DNA of 64,000 bases from an uncultured Chloroflexia bacterium (GCA_963700285.1 CAVOXA010000015.1:1-64000); one strand, 5' to 3'. Counted from the stretch's first letter, positions 18,993 through 30,885 are shown. Numbers and translations: made by a program. The notes: generated from the letters alone by a model not told the origin.

Positions 18993-21900
18993 GTGGGAAT
19001 AGACGCACAAGAACGAGTGTGGTTGCTGCGCCAACGGCGCCAACGGCGCCAGCGGGCCAAGGGTGGTATTGGCAAGTGGCTTGTACGCGTGGCCATTGTC
19101 CTGTTTTTGGTCACGCTGCTCAGTGTGGCCTTTGCCTTCCTGGCTGGGGTAGGAACCCTTGCCGGCGTATACGCCAACTATGCCAAGGACCTGCCCGACC
19201 CCAACGAGATCGTCACCCGCCAGGAAAAGTTCGAGACGACCAAGATCTATGATCGCACCGGCCAGGTCCTGCTCATGGAGGTGATCGACCCCCGGCGCGG
19301 CGACCGCACGCTGCTGCCCCTGGAGCAGATCCCCGAGGACTTTCGCAACGCCACCATCGCCCTGGAGGACAAGACCTTCTACAGCAACCTGGGCATCGAT
19401 CCCATGGGCATCGCCCGCGCCTTTCTGCTGAACCTGCAGGGCAAGGGCGTCCAGGGCGGCAGCTCGATCACGGTCCAGTTGGTCAAGAACATCCTCATCC
19501 CCGAGGAAGAGCGCTACCAGATATCGTACGCTCGCAAGATCAAGGAGGCCATCCTGGCCCTGGAGATCTCGCGGCTCTACTCCAAGGACCAGATCCTGGA
19601 GTGGTACCTGAACACCAACTACTATGGCAACTGGGCCATCGGTGTGGAGGCGGCCGCCCAGGTCTACTTTGGCAAACATGCCCAGGAGCTGAGCCTGGCC
19701 GAGTGCGCCATGCTGGCACCCATCGTCCAGTACCCGGCCATGAATCCCATCGACAACCCCGACGAGGCCAAGAAGCGGCAAAAGATCGCCCTGGATCGCC
19801 TGGTGGCGGAGGGCTATATCACCCAGACCGAGGCCGACGCCGCCTTTGCGGAGAATCTGCAGGTCCACACTTCGCATGCTCAAGCGCTACGACATCGTGG
19901 CTCCTCACTTTGCCATGTACGTGCGCAAGCAGTTGGAGGACCAGTTCGGCCCGGATCTGCTCTACCAGGGCGGGCTGAAGGTCTATACGACCGTGGACCT
20001 GGATGTCCAACGCATTGCCGAGGAGGAGGCGCGGAACCAGGTGGCCACGCTCCAGGAGCAGGGAAAGGACGTCTCCAACGCAGCCGTGGTGGTCATGCGC
20101 GCCCGCACCGGCGAGATCCTGGCCATGGTGGGCAGCATCGACTATTGGAACGAAGAGATTGACGGCAACGTCAACGTCGCCATCGCTCCACGCCAGCCGG
20201 GCTCTTCGTTCAAGCCCTTCAGCTATGTGACCGCCTTCCACCAGGGGCACACGGCCGCCGAGATGGTGATGGATGTGCACTCCTGCTTTGACGACTATCC
20301 CAACCCGCCCTACTGCCCGGAGAACTATGACCGCAAGTACCACGGCCCGCAGAGCTTTCGCACGGCGCTGGCCCGGTCCTACAACATCCCGGCCGTCAAG
20401 GTGCTGGACATGGTCGGGGTGGGCAATGTCATCCGCACCGCCCACGCCATGGGCATCAATACCCTCAACCAGGACCTGGACTACTATGGCCTGAGCCTGA
20501 CCCTGGGTGGCGGCGAGGTCTGGCTGCTGGATCATGGTCTATGCCTACAGCGTCTTTGCCAATGGCGGGGTGATGATGGGCCAGCCGGCCAAGATTGCCC
20601 CGCCCGGGCTATCGCCAGTTGGATCCGGTCTCCATCCTGCGGGTGGAGGATCCCGATGGGCGAGGTGCTGTGGCAGTACGACCAGCCCGAGGCGCGCAAC
20701 GTGGTCCTGGCCGACGGGCGCGAGCTGTCGCCCCAGGAGGCCTATCTGCTGACCAATGTTCTCTCGGACAACAACGCCCGGGCCGCGGCCTTTGGCTCCA
20801 ACAGCGCGCTGCGACTGAGCCGGCCGGCAGCGGCCAAGACCGGCACGACGACCGACTATAAGGACGTGTGGACCATCGGCTATACGCCGCAGATCGTGAC
20901 CGGCGTGTGGGTGGGCAACAATGACAACACGCCGATGGAGGGCGTGTCCAGCTCGCGGGGCGCGGCGCCCCTCTGGCACAATGTCATGGAGCGGATCTAC
21001 AACGAGGGACACGCCGAGCGGCTCCTGGGCGAGGTCGTGGAAGAGTTTCCCAGGCCGCCTGGCTCTGACGAGGTGGAGGTCTGCGCCGTTTCGGGCCTGC
21101 TGCCCACCGAGCATTGTCCCAACCGGATCAAGGCGCTCTTTATCGAGGGCACCGAGCCGACCGAGTACTGCAATGTCCACCGCGTGGAGCGGGTCAACCG
21201 CGAGACCGGCAAGCTGGCGACGGTCTGCACGCCGCCCGAGCTGGTGGAGGATCGGGTGTACGAGGTCTATCCGCCCGAGGCCGCCGACTGGGTGCGCGAG
21301 CAGGGCATCCCCCAGCCGCCCACCCAGCGGGACGAGATCTATGGCTGCAGCCCCGAGGGCGGCGAGGTGGTCATTCTCGATCCGACGCTGGGCGGCCACG
21401 TCAAGGGAGTTGTGTCCGTTCAGGGCAATGCCCGCTCTGGCGATTTTAACTTCTACCGGCTGGAGTTTGGCGAAGGGCTCAACCCCTCTGCCTGGAGCCA
21501 GATCGGCGGCGACCACTACAACCAGGTGGACAACAACGTGCTGGAGTTCTGGGATGTGCGGGGGCTGCAGGATGGGCTCTATACGCCTGCAACTGACCGT
21601 CGTCGAGCACAGCCAGAACGTCAAGCGGGCGACGATCTATGTCACGGTGGACAACCAGCCGCCGGAGGCCTACGTCGGCTATCCCTGGCCCGGCCGCGTC
21701 TACGAGCTGGAGGCGCGACGAGTGGGCCAACCTGACGGCCGATGTGAGCGACAACGTGCAGATCGACAAGGTCGAGTTCTACCTGGACGACGAGCTGCTG
21801 GACTTTAGCGTGGTGGAGCCCTACAGCTTCAAGTGGGTATTGGCCATGTCCGACACGATCCCGATTCCCGGTGCGAGGCCCATCACCGAGACAAGGCATA

Positions 21901-22333
21901 TCACCCAGATTCAGCCCATCACCGGCCCGCCCATGATCCTGCCAGAGGGTTCGTGGACGACGGAGGTGGTGACGGTCACTGGGTGGAGGTAAACGCGGAA
22001 ACCAAGACCATAACGCAGACTTGGGACAGCGGGAAGATGATCATCTCCAGCACTCATGGTTACACCGAGTCGCACGTGGTGCACGTCATCGCCTATGATG
22101 CCGCCGGCAATGAGACGGAGAGTGAGAAGGTACGCTTCTATATCGTCCACAAGCCCAAGGAGAAAGAGGAGGAAGAAGAGGGGGCGGGCGAGACGGGAGA
22201 GATTTGGTGGCGAAAGGACAGCCCGGCGGCCGTCCTGGGGGACAGAGGCGGTGCTGTCTGGCGTGGGCCACCCGAGTCCTCCAACCCTCGACTTGACGCC
22301 AACAGAGCCCCGCCGCGGCGGGAAGTTGGTTGA
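18993..22333 (+). CDS. class A penicillin-binding protein (transglycosylase/transpeptidase) with C-terminal Cys-rich and Ig-like domains; several frameshifts
   Basis: EDKTFY, GGSSITVQLVKN, RKIKE, GSSFKP (SxxK), SYN, KTGTT are spread over ORFs 18951, 19846, 21639 and 21833. The frameshifts are probably assembly errors. Confidence 0.85.
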
Positions 22334-22346
22334 CGAGCTAGGCGCC

Positions 22347-24024
22347 TTACACCTCCATCACCACCGGCAGGATCATGGGCCGTCGTTTGGTCTGTTCGTA
22401 CAAGAAATCGGCAAGGCTGTCCTTGATTCTGTTGCTGGCTGTAGCGCCTGATTCGCCATTCTCCAGGGCCTCCAGCACGCACAACTCGGCCTCATCGATC
22501 AAGTCCCCAGACTCGCGGATATAGACGAATCCGCGGGTGATGATGTCTGGCCCCTCGAGGACCTCGCCGGTAGTCAGCATCCACGACGACCACTACAACG
22601 ACAAAGCCATCTCTGGACAGCAGATGGCGGTCGCGCAGAACGACATTGCCCATGTCACCAACGCCCAGCCCATCCACCATGACGTGTCCCTCGGTCACCT
22701 GGCCGTTGATCCGTCCCCAATCCGGTCCAAATTCCAGCACGGTTCCGCTTTCGACGACAAAGATGTTCTCTGTGGGGATGCCCACGTCTTCGGCCATGCG
22801 CGCGTGGTGCACCAGGTGGCGGTACTCGCCATGGATCGGCACAAAGAAACGAGGGCGGATGAGGTTGAGCATCAGTTTGTGTTCCTCGCGGCTGCCGTGA
22901 CCTGAGACGTGAACCTGCATCCGCTGCGTGATGGAATACTTGTGCGCCAGCGCGGAACAGGTTGTTGATGGTGCGGTTCACCAACTCCTCGTTGCCAGGG
23001 ATGGGCGTGGCTGAGACGATGACGCTGTCGCCGGGGCGGACGTTCACCTGGCGATGCTCGCCCAAAGCCATGCGCACCAGGGCCGAGGTTGGTTCTCCCT
23101 GGCTACCGGTGCAGGCAATGGCCACCTGGTCCGGCGGCAGGCTGTTCATTTGCTGTGGACGTCAGCAGCTCGTCGGGATCGAGGTCCAGGTAGCCCAGTT
23201 CGGCAGCCTGCTTGGCATAGTTGACCATGGATCGTCCCACGATGCCCCACCCGTCGTCCGTGTTTGCGGGCCGTGTCCACCACCTGTTGGACTCGCGAGA
23301 TGTTGGAGGCAAAGGTAGCGACAATGATTCGGCCCTGTGCTCTGGCAAAGATCCGGTCAAAGGTCTCCCCCACAACCTGTTCTGAAGGGGTCTGTCCTTC
23401 GGTCTCGGAGTTGGTCGAGTCGGAAAGTAGAACATGCACGCCGCGTCCTCCCAACTCGGCCAGCTTGGCAAAGTCGGTGAGCCTGCCATCTACGGGTGTC
23501 TGGTCAAACTTAAAGTCGCCGGAATGGACGACCAGACCCACCGGCGTTGTGATGCCCAGTCCCACCCCATCGGGGATGGAATGGCAGACGCGAAAGAAGT
23601 CGACCGTGAAGGGATCCAGATCCAGCACGTCTTCGGGGGTCACGGTGTGTAGCTCGGCTCCATCCAGCAGGTGGTGTTCCTTGAGCTTGACCTCGATCAG
23701 GCCCCGGGTCAGCCGGGTGGCGTACAGCGGCGCTTTGACCTGTTGCATCAGGTAGGGCAGGCCGCCGACATGGTCTTCGTGGCCGTGGGTGACGACGATG
23801 GCCCGCACCCGATCCTTTCGCTCAAAGACATAGTTCATGTCGGGGATGACAATGTCGATGCCCAGCATGTCGCTCTCGGGGAACATTAGCCCACAGTCGA
23901 CGATCAGCAGCTGATCATCGTACTCAAAGACCATCATATTCTTGCCGATCTGGCCGATACCGCCGAGGGGGATGATTCGCAGACAGTCTTGAGACAATGG
24001 GAACTCCTTTGTTGATGGCGCCAA
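22347..24024 (-). CDS. rnj: ribonuclease J (frameshifted in this sequence)
   Basis: PLGGIGQIGKNM, THGHEDHVGG, CHSIPD, TGSQGEP, HVSGH, PIHGEYRH, RRPMILPVVMEV across five overlapping ORFs. Confidence 0.92.
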
Positions 24025-24099
24025 TGCATCGATTGGGTCTTGGGGGATGCCAGGCGTACCGTCCGCCGCCCGAGCCCTGCCAGGCCCTGCTGCTCTTTC

Positions 24100-24704
24100 C
24101 TAGAACAGACTCAATTGTTGCGCTTGGGGCAGTTCTGGTTCTTCCTCTTCGACTTCATCGAGTTTGGCCAAGAGGTCAGGGATCTTGAGGATGTCCTCTT
24201 CCACCAGGCTGCGCCAGCGAGGTTGGTGAAGTGCCGCGGCAGGGTGAAACATGGGATAGTAGATCACATTGCCCACCCGTTTCGGCTGTCCGTGGATGCG
24301 GGAGATCGATGCACCTGGGAAGTAGCGCTGCATTGAAAAGCGACCCAGCGTAACCACCAGTCGGGGCCGGACGAGATCAATTTGCTTGTCCAGGTAGGCT
24401 TTGCACGCTGAAATCTCTTCGGGCTGCGGGTCGCGATTGCCAGGCGGCCGGCACTTGACCACGTTGGTGATATACACGCCTTTCCGTTCGATATCGATCT
24501 GCTCCAACAGCTCTTCCAGGTATTTGCCTGCCGCTCCCACAAAGGGCTCGCCCTGGCGATCTTCGTGAAAACCGGGGCCTTCGCCAATGAACATGATTTG
24601 GGCGTCTTCTGGACCCTTCCTGGTACGGCCTTGGTCCGGCCCTGGCTCAGAATACATGCCTGGCACACCTGTATATCTTGATAGAGTTCAGTCAGTTCAG
24701 ACAA
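24100..24704 (-). CDS. uracil-DNA glycosylase family 4 (frameshift near 24620)
   Basis: TTG start LSELTELYQDIQVCQACIL, then MFIGEGPG, PFVGAAG, NVVKCRPPGNRDP, MFHPAAAL. Confidence 0.9.
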
Positions 24705-24885
24705 TCTATTTCTCCTCGCTCCAAGCTGCCGACCACACGGTGCTTTGCTATGCAAAGTATCTGCCGCACGCTTTTCGTTGTACGGAACTAGATCGAATGA
24801 GACACACGCTCAAGCGTAGGCGTTTTCTGTCCTCGTACTGGCCAGGGGACTATTGTCCCATTTTACCCTATCTAGCGCGATTTGT

Positions 24886-25515
24886 CTACCCCATTCCCGC
24901 GCGATGGCTTGGACCTTTCCTGTCATCGCCAGATGCTGTTTCAAGTCTATTACGCAGTCGCGCTCGGCGTTGGTGCAGGTTCACCCGAAACTCGGGAGTC
25001 TCAAACAGAGGCGTAGCCATGATGTAGGCGTCTTCGTTGTTGTCCGCGTAGTAGCGATTCTGTCTGGAAACGACCGCAAAACCATACTTGTGATAGAGCC
25101 CCTGAGCCGGCAGATTGGAGACACGTACTTCCAAGGTGGCGTTGCCGGCACCAAGTTTGATCCCCTCATCCAGGAGCGAGACGAGAAGCAGCTCGCCCAA
25201 GCCCTGTCGCTGCCATTTGGAGTGCACGGCGATTGTGCTGATGTGGATCTCATCAACCAGCAACCAGAAGCCACCATAGCCCAGTACCGGGCTTGGTTTG
25301 ATCAGCCCGAGCAAGGACAGCATCGACTCCGATCGGCTCTGGAAGGACGCTGCTTGCCTGACCACCAACATGGTACTGTATTCATTCTTTGTGATTTCGT
25401 AACGATAGGCCTGCGGGGACCAGGGGGCAGAAAAGGCAGATCGCTCTATGACCATGACCTGATCCAGGTCAGCCAGGGTCATCGGCTCGACGACGTAGGG
25501 CAACTGAGAAGACAT
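24886..25515 (-). CDS. rimI: ribosomal protein S18 alanine N-acetyltransferase
   Basis: IERSAFSAPWS, HISTIAVH..QRQGLG, LEVRVSNLPAQGLY, RYYADNNEDAYIM. Located next to tsaB. Confidence 0.9.
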   Translation of the reverse strand: MSSQLPYVVEPMTLADLDQVMVIERSAFSAPWSPQAYRYEITKNEYSTMLVVRQAASFQSRSESMLSLLGLIKPSPVLGYGGFWLLVDEIHISTIAVHSKWQRQGLGELLLVSLLDEGIKLGAGNATLEVRVSNLPAQGLYHKYGFAVVSRQNRYYADNNEDAYIMATPLFETPEFRVNLHQRRARLRNRLETASGDDRKGPSHRAGMG

Positions 25516-25530
25516 CAGGCAGTGACAAAC

Positions 25531-26205
25531 CTATGAATTGATTTGAGGATTTTGCAGGTATATCGGTGCCAAGGTGGCGGCGTCGTCGGTATCACCCCTG
25601 GCCAATCTCTTCCAACCGAGTTCAGCCAGATAGGCTGCGCGGCGCAATGAAGCGGCTGGAGAAGCGACAGTAACAGACGGTCCCAATTTTCGGCGGATCA
25701 ACGCAGCATCCGGGGCTCTGATTTCTCCGCAGATGAGAGATGGCTCTTTGATCTGGTCGCAAATTGCCTCCATCGTGGCGAGTTGGTATGCCCCTCGCCG
25801 GTGCCAGTTTCCGCTTCGGCAGGCATACTGGCCAACGCAGAACCGCCCCCGGCCTGCCTCCAGAACGGCCCAGATAGGCAGTTGTTGGCTCATGTGAGCT
25901 TGAGCTACTACGTCCAATGTCGGGATTCCGACGAGAGGCAGCTTGCGAGCCAGCGCCAGCCCCTTGCTCACACCAAGTCCAATACGCAGCCCGGTGAAAG
26001 ACCCTGGCCCCAGGCTAACCGCCAGACCAGTAAGGTCAGCAGGAGAGATCCCCTGTTGCTTCAGCAGGTGGGCCAGGCGAGGCATCAGTTCGACAGTATG
26101 GTTGTTGACCGAATGCCAGGTCTCTTCACCCAAGATCCAGTTCGAGACGTGATCATAGAGAGCGAGTCCGGCCATTCTTGTTGCAGTGTCGATGGCTAAT
26201 AACAT
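25531..26205 (-). CDS. tsaB: tRNA t6A biosynthesis protein TsaB
   Basis: MLLAIDTAT, HTVELMP, GPGSFTGLRIG, LAPIYL. Confidence 0.95.
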   Translation of the reverse strand: MLLAIDTATRMAGLALYDHVSNWILGEETWHSVNNHTVELMPRLAHLLKQQGISPADLTGLAVSLGPGSFTGLRIGLGVSKGLALARKLPLVGIPTLDVVAQAHMSQQLPIWAVLEAGRGRFCVGQYACRSGNWHRRGAYQLATMEAICDQIKEPSLICGEIRAPDAALIRRKLGPSVTVASPAASLRRAAYLAELGWKRLARGDTDDAATLAPIYLQNPQINS

Positions 26206-26215
26206 TTGGGCTACC

Positions 26216-26719
26216 TTACACGCCAAAAGCGCTTTGGCGGAACTTGAGAAGGAGTTCGTCGTAATGGCGGCTGGTCGCTTGCATAACGATGCCTCGTTTC
26301 CCAGTATCCAGGTGTCGGAGCGTGATCCAGATGCGCTCCTCAGGGAGCGCGGTTTTGACACGGTCAGCCCACTCGATGATGCAGGCGCCATAGCCACCCA
26401 GATAATCATCCAGGCCAAAGGCCCATGCCTCGTTCACAGGAGCATCCAGGCGATAGAGATCGACGTGATAGAGGATAGGCGCTGGCGGAGGAGGCCGGTA
26501 CTCGGCGACGAGGGTAAAGGTAGGGCTGGTAATCGGCTCGACGATGCCCATGCCCCCGCCCACACCCTGGACCAGGCAGGTTTTGCCCGTGCCGAGGTCG
26601 CCTTCCAGGCAGACCAGATCGCCCTCCTGCAAGAGCGCGCCCAGGCGTACGCCAAACCGGCGCGTTTGCTCTGGGCTATGGCTGATGAAATCAAGTGTAT
26701 GCTCGTCCAGAATTGGCAT
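26216..26719 (-). CDS. tsaE: tRNA t6A biosynthesis ATPase TsaE
   Basis: LEGDLGTGKT, SPTFTL, HVDLYRL, IEWA. Confidence 0.95.
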   Translation of the reverse strand: MPILDEHTLDFISHSPEQTRRFGVRLGALLQEGDLVCLEGDLGTGKTCLVQGVGGGMGIVEPITSPTFTLVAEYRPPPPAPILYHVDLYRLDAPVNEAWAFGLDDYLGGYGACIIEWADRVKTALPEERIWITLRHLDTGKRGIVMQATSRHYDELLLKFRQSAFGV

Positions 26720-26940
26720 GGCTTCCAGTGCTAGAATTCGGCGCGCAACTCGCTCGAGCCCCCGTTTGCGAACGGGTTCTGTGCCCGGGGGCGGGTCCGG
26801 GAGCCACTTGTGTTTTCCACACACCCATTATACACCGAACACGAGGAAACGACAAGCATTTGACCGCAGCTGGGCTTGTATGGTATCATGACCGCCACTT
26901 TGCAGAAAGGCCTCGAAGGGCCTTGGAATGAGGACAGGTC

Positions 26941-27669
26941 TTGCGGTATCTGGTGCTCTCTGATATTCATAGTAACTTGGAAGCTTTCGAGACGGTACTG
27001 GACGATGCCGGAACCGTGGATGAGATCTGGTGTCTGGGAGATATCGTGGGCTATGGCCCTGATCCCAATGGCTGTGTTGAACTCCTTGGATCCTACCCGC
27101 ACCAGTGTATTGCGGGAAACCATGATTGGGCCACAGTGGGCAGGTTGGATCTGGATGATTTCAATTGCGATGCCCGCCTGGCCAACCTCTGGAACCGAGA
27201 TCAATTGACGCCGCAGAATCTGGCTTACCTGAGTTCCCTGTGTGAGACGCTGGTGATGGGAGAGTTCACCTTGGCTCATGGCAGCCCCCGCAACCCCATC
27301 TGGGAGTATGTCATGGAGAGCGCCACAGCATTGGAGAGCTTTTCCCACTTTGATACGCCTTTTTGCTTTGTTGGCCATACCCATGTTCCGTTGATTTTTT
27401 GCTTGGACAGTACCAACAAAAGCGTAGATGATATGGCTCCGTCGTCGAATGCCCCGGTAGATCTGGATACAGAGCGCTTGATCATCAATCCGGGGAGTGT
27501 GGGCCAGCCCCGCGACGGCGATTCACGGGCAAGCTATGTCATATTGGACACCGAGGCAAATACTGTGGAGTATTGTCGTGTGGCCTACTCCATTGAAGTG
27601 ACGCAGCAAAAGATGACAGAGCTGGGTCTGCCTTCCCGCCTGGCGACAAGGCTGCAATATGGCTGGTAA
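26941..27669 (+). CDS. calcineurin-like metallophosphoesterase
   Basis: SDIHSN, CLGDIVGYGP, GNHD, HGSP, GHTH, NPGSVGQPRDGD. Confidence 0.92.
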   Translation: MRYLVLSDIHSNLEAFETVLDDAGTVDEIWCLGDIVGYGPDPNGCVELLGSYPHQCIAGNHDWATVGRLDLDDFNCDARLANLWNRDQLTPQNLAYLSSLCETLVMGEFTLAHGSPRNPIWEYVMESATALESFSHFDTPFCFVGHTHVPLIFCLDSTNKSVDDMAPSSNAPVDLDTERLIINPGSVGQPRDGDSRASYVILDTEANTVEYCRVAYSIEVTQQKMTELGLPSRLATRLQYGW

Positions 27670-28462
27670 GGCGGACCGGGATCGGCAGAAACCTCAGGCG
27701 GAGGATGCTGCGTTGGAACAGGATAAGACCATCACCCTGGGACATCCCAGCTATGTCTGGGGTTATGGTCAGCAGCGCCGGCTCGATCTCGTCCGGCGCT
27801 ACGTGACCCTTGAGGATCGGGTGATCCTGGATGTAGGGTGTGGGTTGGGGATGTATGTGCGGGCTTTGCGCGCTTTCAGCCAGGACGTGCATGGTGTGGA
27901 TATCGATGAGGAGAAGGTAGCCGAAGCCAGTCGAGAACTGCCCAACATCCGTGTGGCTCCCGCCGAGACACTGCCCTATCCAGATGGCATGTTTGACGTG
28001 GTTCTCTCCCATGAGGTTATCGAGCACGTCGTCGACGACCGGCAAGCCATTGCTGAAGCAGCGCGCGTGCTCCAGCGTCCCGATGCAGAGAGGGGGCTGC
28101 CGGGCGGGCGCCTCATCGTTTTCGCCCCGAACCGTCTCCACCCCTTCGAGACGCATGGAGCATACTGGGGCGGGCGCTATCATTTCGGCAATATTCCGCT
28201 GGTGAATTACCTTCCTGACAAGTGGCGATCGCACTTTTGCCCTCACGTGAAAGCTTATACCCGGCGTGACCTGCACCAACTGTTGGCGGGCTTACCACTG
28301 AGGGTCATAGCCCACGCGCAGATTTACCCGGCCTATGACAAGATAGTCGCGAGCCGCCCACGCCTGGGCCGTACACTGCGCCGCGTAACCCATTCTCTGG
28401 AGGACAGCCCACTGCAAGCCTTCGGCCTGTCCCACCTGTTGGTCGCAGAGAGAACCGCCTAG
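27659..28462 (+). CDS. class I SAM-dependent methyltransferase
   Basis: ILDVGCGLG, GVDID, AETLPY..FDVV, HEVIEHV. Confidence 0.88.
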   Translation: MAGKADRDRQKPQAEDAALEQDKTITLGHPSYVWGYGQQRRLDLVRRYVTLEDRVILDVGCGLGMYVRALRAFSQDVHGVDIDEEKVAEASRELPNIRVAPAETLPYPDGMFDVVLSHEVIEHVVDDRQAIAEAARVLQRPDAERGLPGGRLIVFAPNRLHPFETHGAYWGGRYHFGNIPLVNYLPDKWRSHFCPHVKAYTRRDLHQLLAGLPLRVIAHAQIYPAYDKIVASRPRLGRTLRRVTHSLEDSPLQAFGLSHLLVAERTA

Positions 28463-28673
28463 CATTCATGAGGCGGTCCCACGAACCGCCTCCAGCAACA
28501 AAGAATACGAGGAGATTAGACATCACCACGGGATAGTCAGGGGCTGATTGACTGTCCATGGAGGATCGAGCTGCAAATAGAGGCAGGGAGAACCTATGTC
28601 AGCGAAACAACTCGCTGACCAAAAAGGAAAAAGACTAGATTAGGAGGGTTACGGCCTGGAACGAGAGGAACAG

Positions 28674-29480
28674 CTAAGGTGGAGCAAACCGAATCTGAAG
28701 GCGTGCGTCCAGCATCTGCTGAATCTGGTCGGTGCTCAGGCGCAAATTGCGCCACGCTTCCAGTAGGCGGAAAGCGATGTTTTTGGCAGAGCCCACACCT
28801 GTCGGAAATGCCCGGCGAAACAAGCTGCCCCGCTCGATCAACTGGGCAATGAGGTGAGCAATCTGGTAAGAGAAGATAGAAGACCTTGCTGGCGGTAGGA
28901 TGGGTGGTGTAAGCGTGTTCCAGGCCGAACCCTCAGTTTTTCTGGACATTGAAGCCCTTATTTCCTTCGGCTTCGCTCAGGACAGGCTTCGATTTTCCAG
29001 CGTATACGCCCTCCTTGGTTGGCCAACTCAATGACTTGCTTGTCCTTGAGCGTCAGATTGGTGATCCAGCGGAAGCGTGTGGTCTTGGTCTGGCTGGGCT
29101 GCTTTGGATCCGGCTCGTCTTCCACACACTCCAGAACACCGACCGTGTGTTTCTTCTTCTCCGAATCGGTGTAGGATATATCGTTGATCCAGCGGTACTC
29201 CTGGCGGGTTTTGCCCTGCAGACCGGTGAGAAAGGTGAAATGGTTTTCAGGTGTAAGCGGCAGAAGCAATTCGAACTCCTTGAGAATACAGAAAGTAGTG
29301 GTCGAGCAGGCGATAGCGATACAGGACCTTTTTCCGAATCAAGGTCCTGACCAGAGCCGTGACAACCGCTTGCACCTGGTCGGGGCTCAGTCGACCAAAA
29401 GCCACGTTGAGAGTGTCACCGTGGGGACAGGTATCCGTACCGAACAGGGCCTGAAACTTGGCTATTGGGTTCAGGCATCG
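28674..29480 (-). pseudogene. degraded DDE transposase fragments
   Basis: PHGDTLN..F..L, F.WITNL, GRIRWKIE..GFNVQKN, QIAHLIAQL. Broken by stops, an internal deletion and a short insertion. Confidence 0.7.
28964..28987. repeat. short REP-like element inserted in the transposase remnant
   Basis: CCTTCGGCTTCGCTCAGGACAGGC sits between the codons for RWKIE and N-x-GFNVQKN. Reads ACPERSRR on the minus strand. Confidence 0.6.
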
Positions 29481-30087
29481 CACTGTTCATGCTCGACATC
29501 GGCACCTCTTCTTGCAGAACGTTCTGGGTACGGCCTACTTGAGGATACTCCAAAACGGTTGCGAGTGCGAAAAAAAGATGCGAAGGTCAAGCGTGGACAC
29601 TTGAAAAAAGACAATCGCTGTCCCAGGGCAGGGTAGAGACAGAGTTTACCAAAAGAAATGGGTAGAAGCAGCAAGATAAAGGCTCCGTGCCAGGGAGGAA
29701 GACTCGGTACTCAGGGAAAGGAAAGTGAGTTTGCGCGAAAAGTTCGCGCTGATATTGACGGCAAGGCGATTCTAACCCGGGGGGCCAAGGTTCTGTAACG
29801 GAGCCAACCACGTTCCACGACAGATAGTAGCGATCAGTACCTGCTGCCCCGGATATTGGGGGCAGCAGGAAGCGCTCGCTCTCTGCGTCGCAGGCAATCT
29901 GGGAACCTCAGCCGACGGCGGAGGTTCTGTGCGAAAAATGGAGTATTCTTTGTTGCTAAAGTAGGACATGGTCGCAGCGCAGAACTGCGGCTGGATACTC
30001 AACCCTGCTCAAACTAGCCTTTGCGCCAGGGATTTCTTGCTCCTGTTGGCTATCTGTAATACAGTGCGAGCAGAAAATCGGAAATTC

Positions 30088-30269
30088 TTCCCTGGAGGAT
30101 CTCGGGGATGGCTCCTTCCTGCTCATCCCCCAAGTCTCCAAGGTCGCCCGCCTTGGCGACCGCGTGGCCGAGGCGATGTCCGGCGAAGAAGTGAGCCTCG
30201 AAGAGATGCTGGCAGCGCTGGATGAAGAGCGCGAGGCCTACTACTAGGAACACTATGTCCAGCCCTGAG
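30088..30269 (+). pseudogene. 5'-truncated AbrB/MazE-like antitoxin
   Basis: LEDLGDGSFLLIP / VSKVARLGDRVAE...VSLEEMLAALDEEREAYY*EHYV. Has a frameshift and an internal TAG, and overlaps the PIN gene start. Confidence 0.5.
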
Positions 30270-30710
30270 CTTTACTTCGATAGTATCGCTCTCTTTGCCG
30301 GGATCGTCTCGTGCAGTGGCGCAAGCCGCGCCCTCTTGCTTCTAGCTGAAGCCGGACAGATCACCGTCAGCGTATCTGAACAGGTAATCACCGAGACAGA
30401 GCGGGCCGTCGCACGCAAGGTACCCCGAGCCTTGTCTGATTTCCGGGAAGCGATCCGGTCCACGGGCCTGTACATTGTCCCAGACCCCTCTTCACACGAG
30501 ATAGAGGCTTTCGTCGACATCATCGCCCGCCAGGCCGATATGCCAATTATGGTGGCAGCCATGCGGGTCAAAACAGACTACCTCGTCACACTCAAACGTC
30601 GCCATTTCATAGACGATCCCGGCGTGGCCACCCGTTCCAAGCTCCGCATCGGTACACCAGACGATGCACTGGCCTGGGTACGGCGAGGTCTTGACAAGAC
30701 GCCAACGTGA
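30255..30710 (+). CDS. PIN-domain toxin
   Basis: YFDS.ALFAG..S.SGASR.LL, SEQVITETER, AD.PI.VAA, DYLVTL.RRHF. Confidence 0.75.
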   Translation: MSSPELYFDSIALFAGIVSCSGASRALLLLAEAGQITVSVSEQVITETERAVARKVPRALSDFREAIRSTGLYIVPDPSSHEIEAFVDIIARQADMPIMVAAMRVKTDYLVTLKRRHFIDDPGVATRSKLRIGTPDDALAWVRRGLDKTPT

Positions 30711-30885
30711 AGTGGATGCTCTTACCGATTCACGCGGCACCGGCATTATTCCCTCATTCCCCTCGGGACAGACCTCACCGGTTATGCTCCCTCTGCCATG
30801 TCTGCGATAAACCTGCAGGGGTAGAATCCAGGGCTGTCGCACAGTCTCCTTGCACAATGCCTCGAACGGACACTGCAATCGGTAG

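Noticed and set aside
19028-19055. 9-bp tandem repeat GCGCCAACG
   Set aside because: It is in frame and encodes the basic RQR cytoplasmic tail of the PBP. There is no sign of phase variation.
26755-26800. GC-rich hairpins upstream of tsaE
   Set aside because: The stems are short and expected by chance at this GC content. No recognisable RNA motif.
30700-30788. GCCAAC...GTTATGC after the PIN toxin as an attC
   Set aside because: The end motifs are present but I could not find complementary inner arms.
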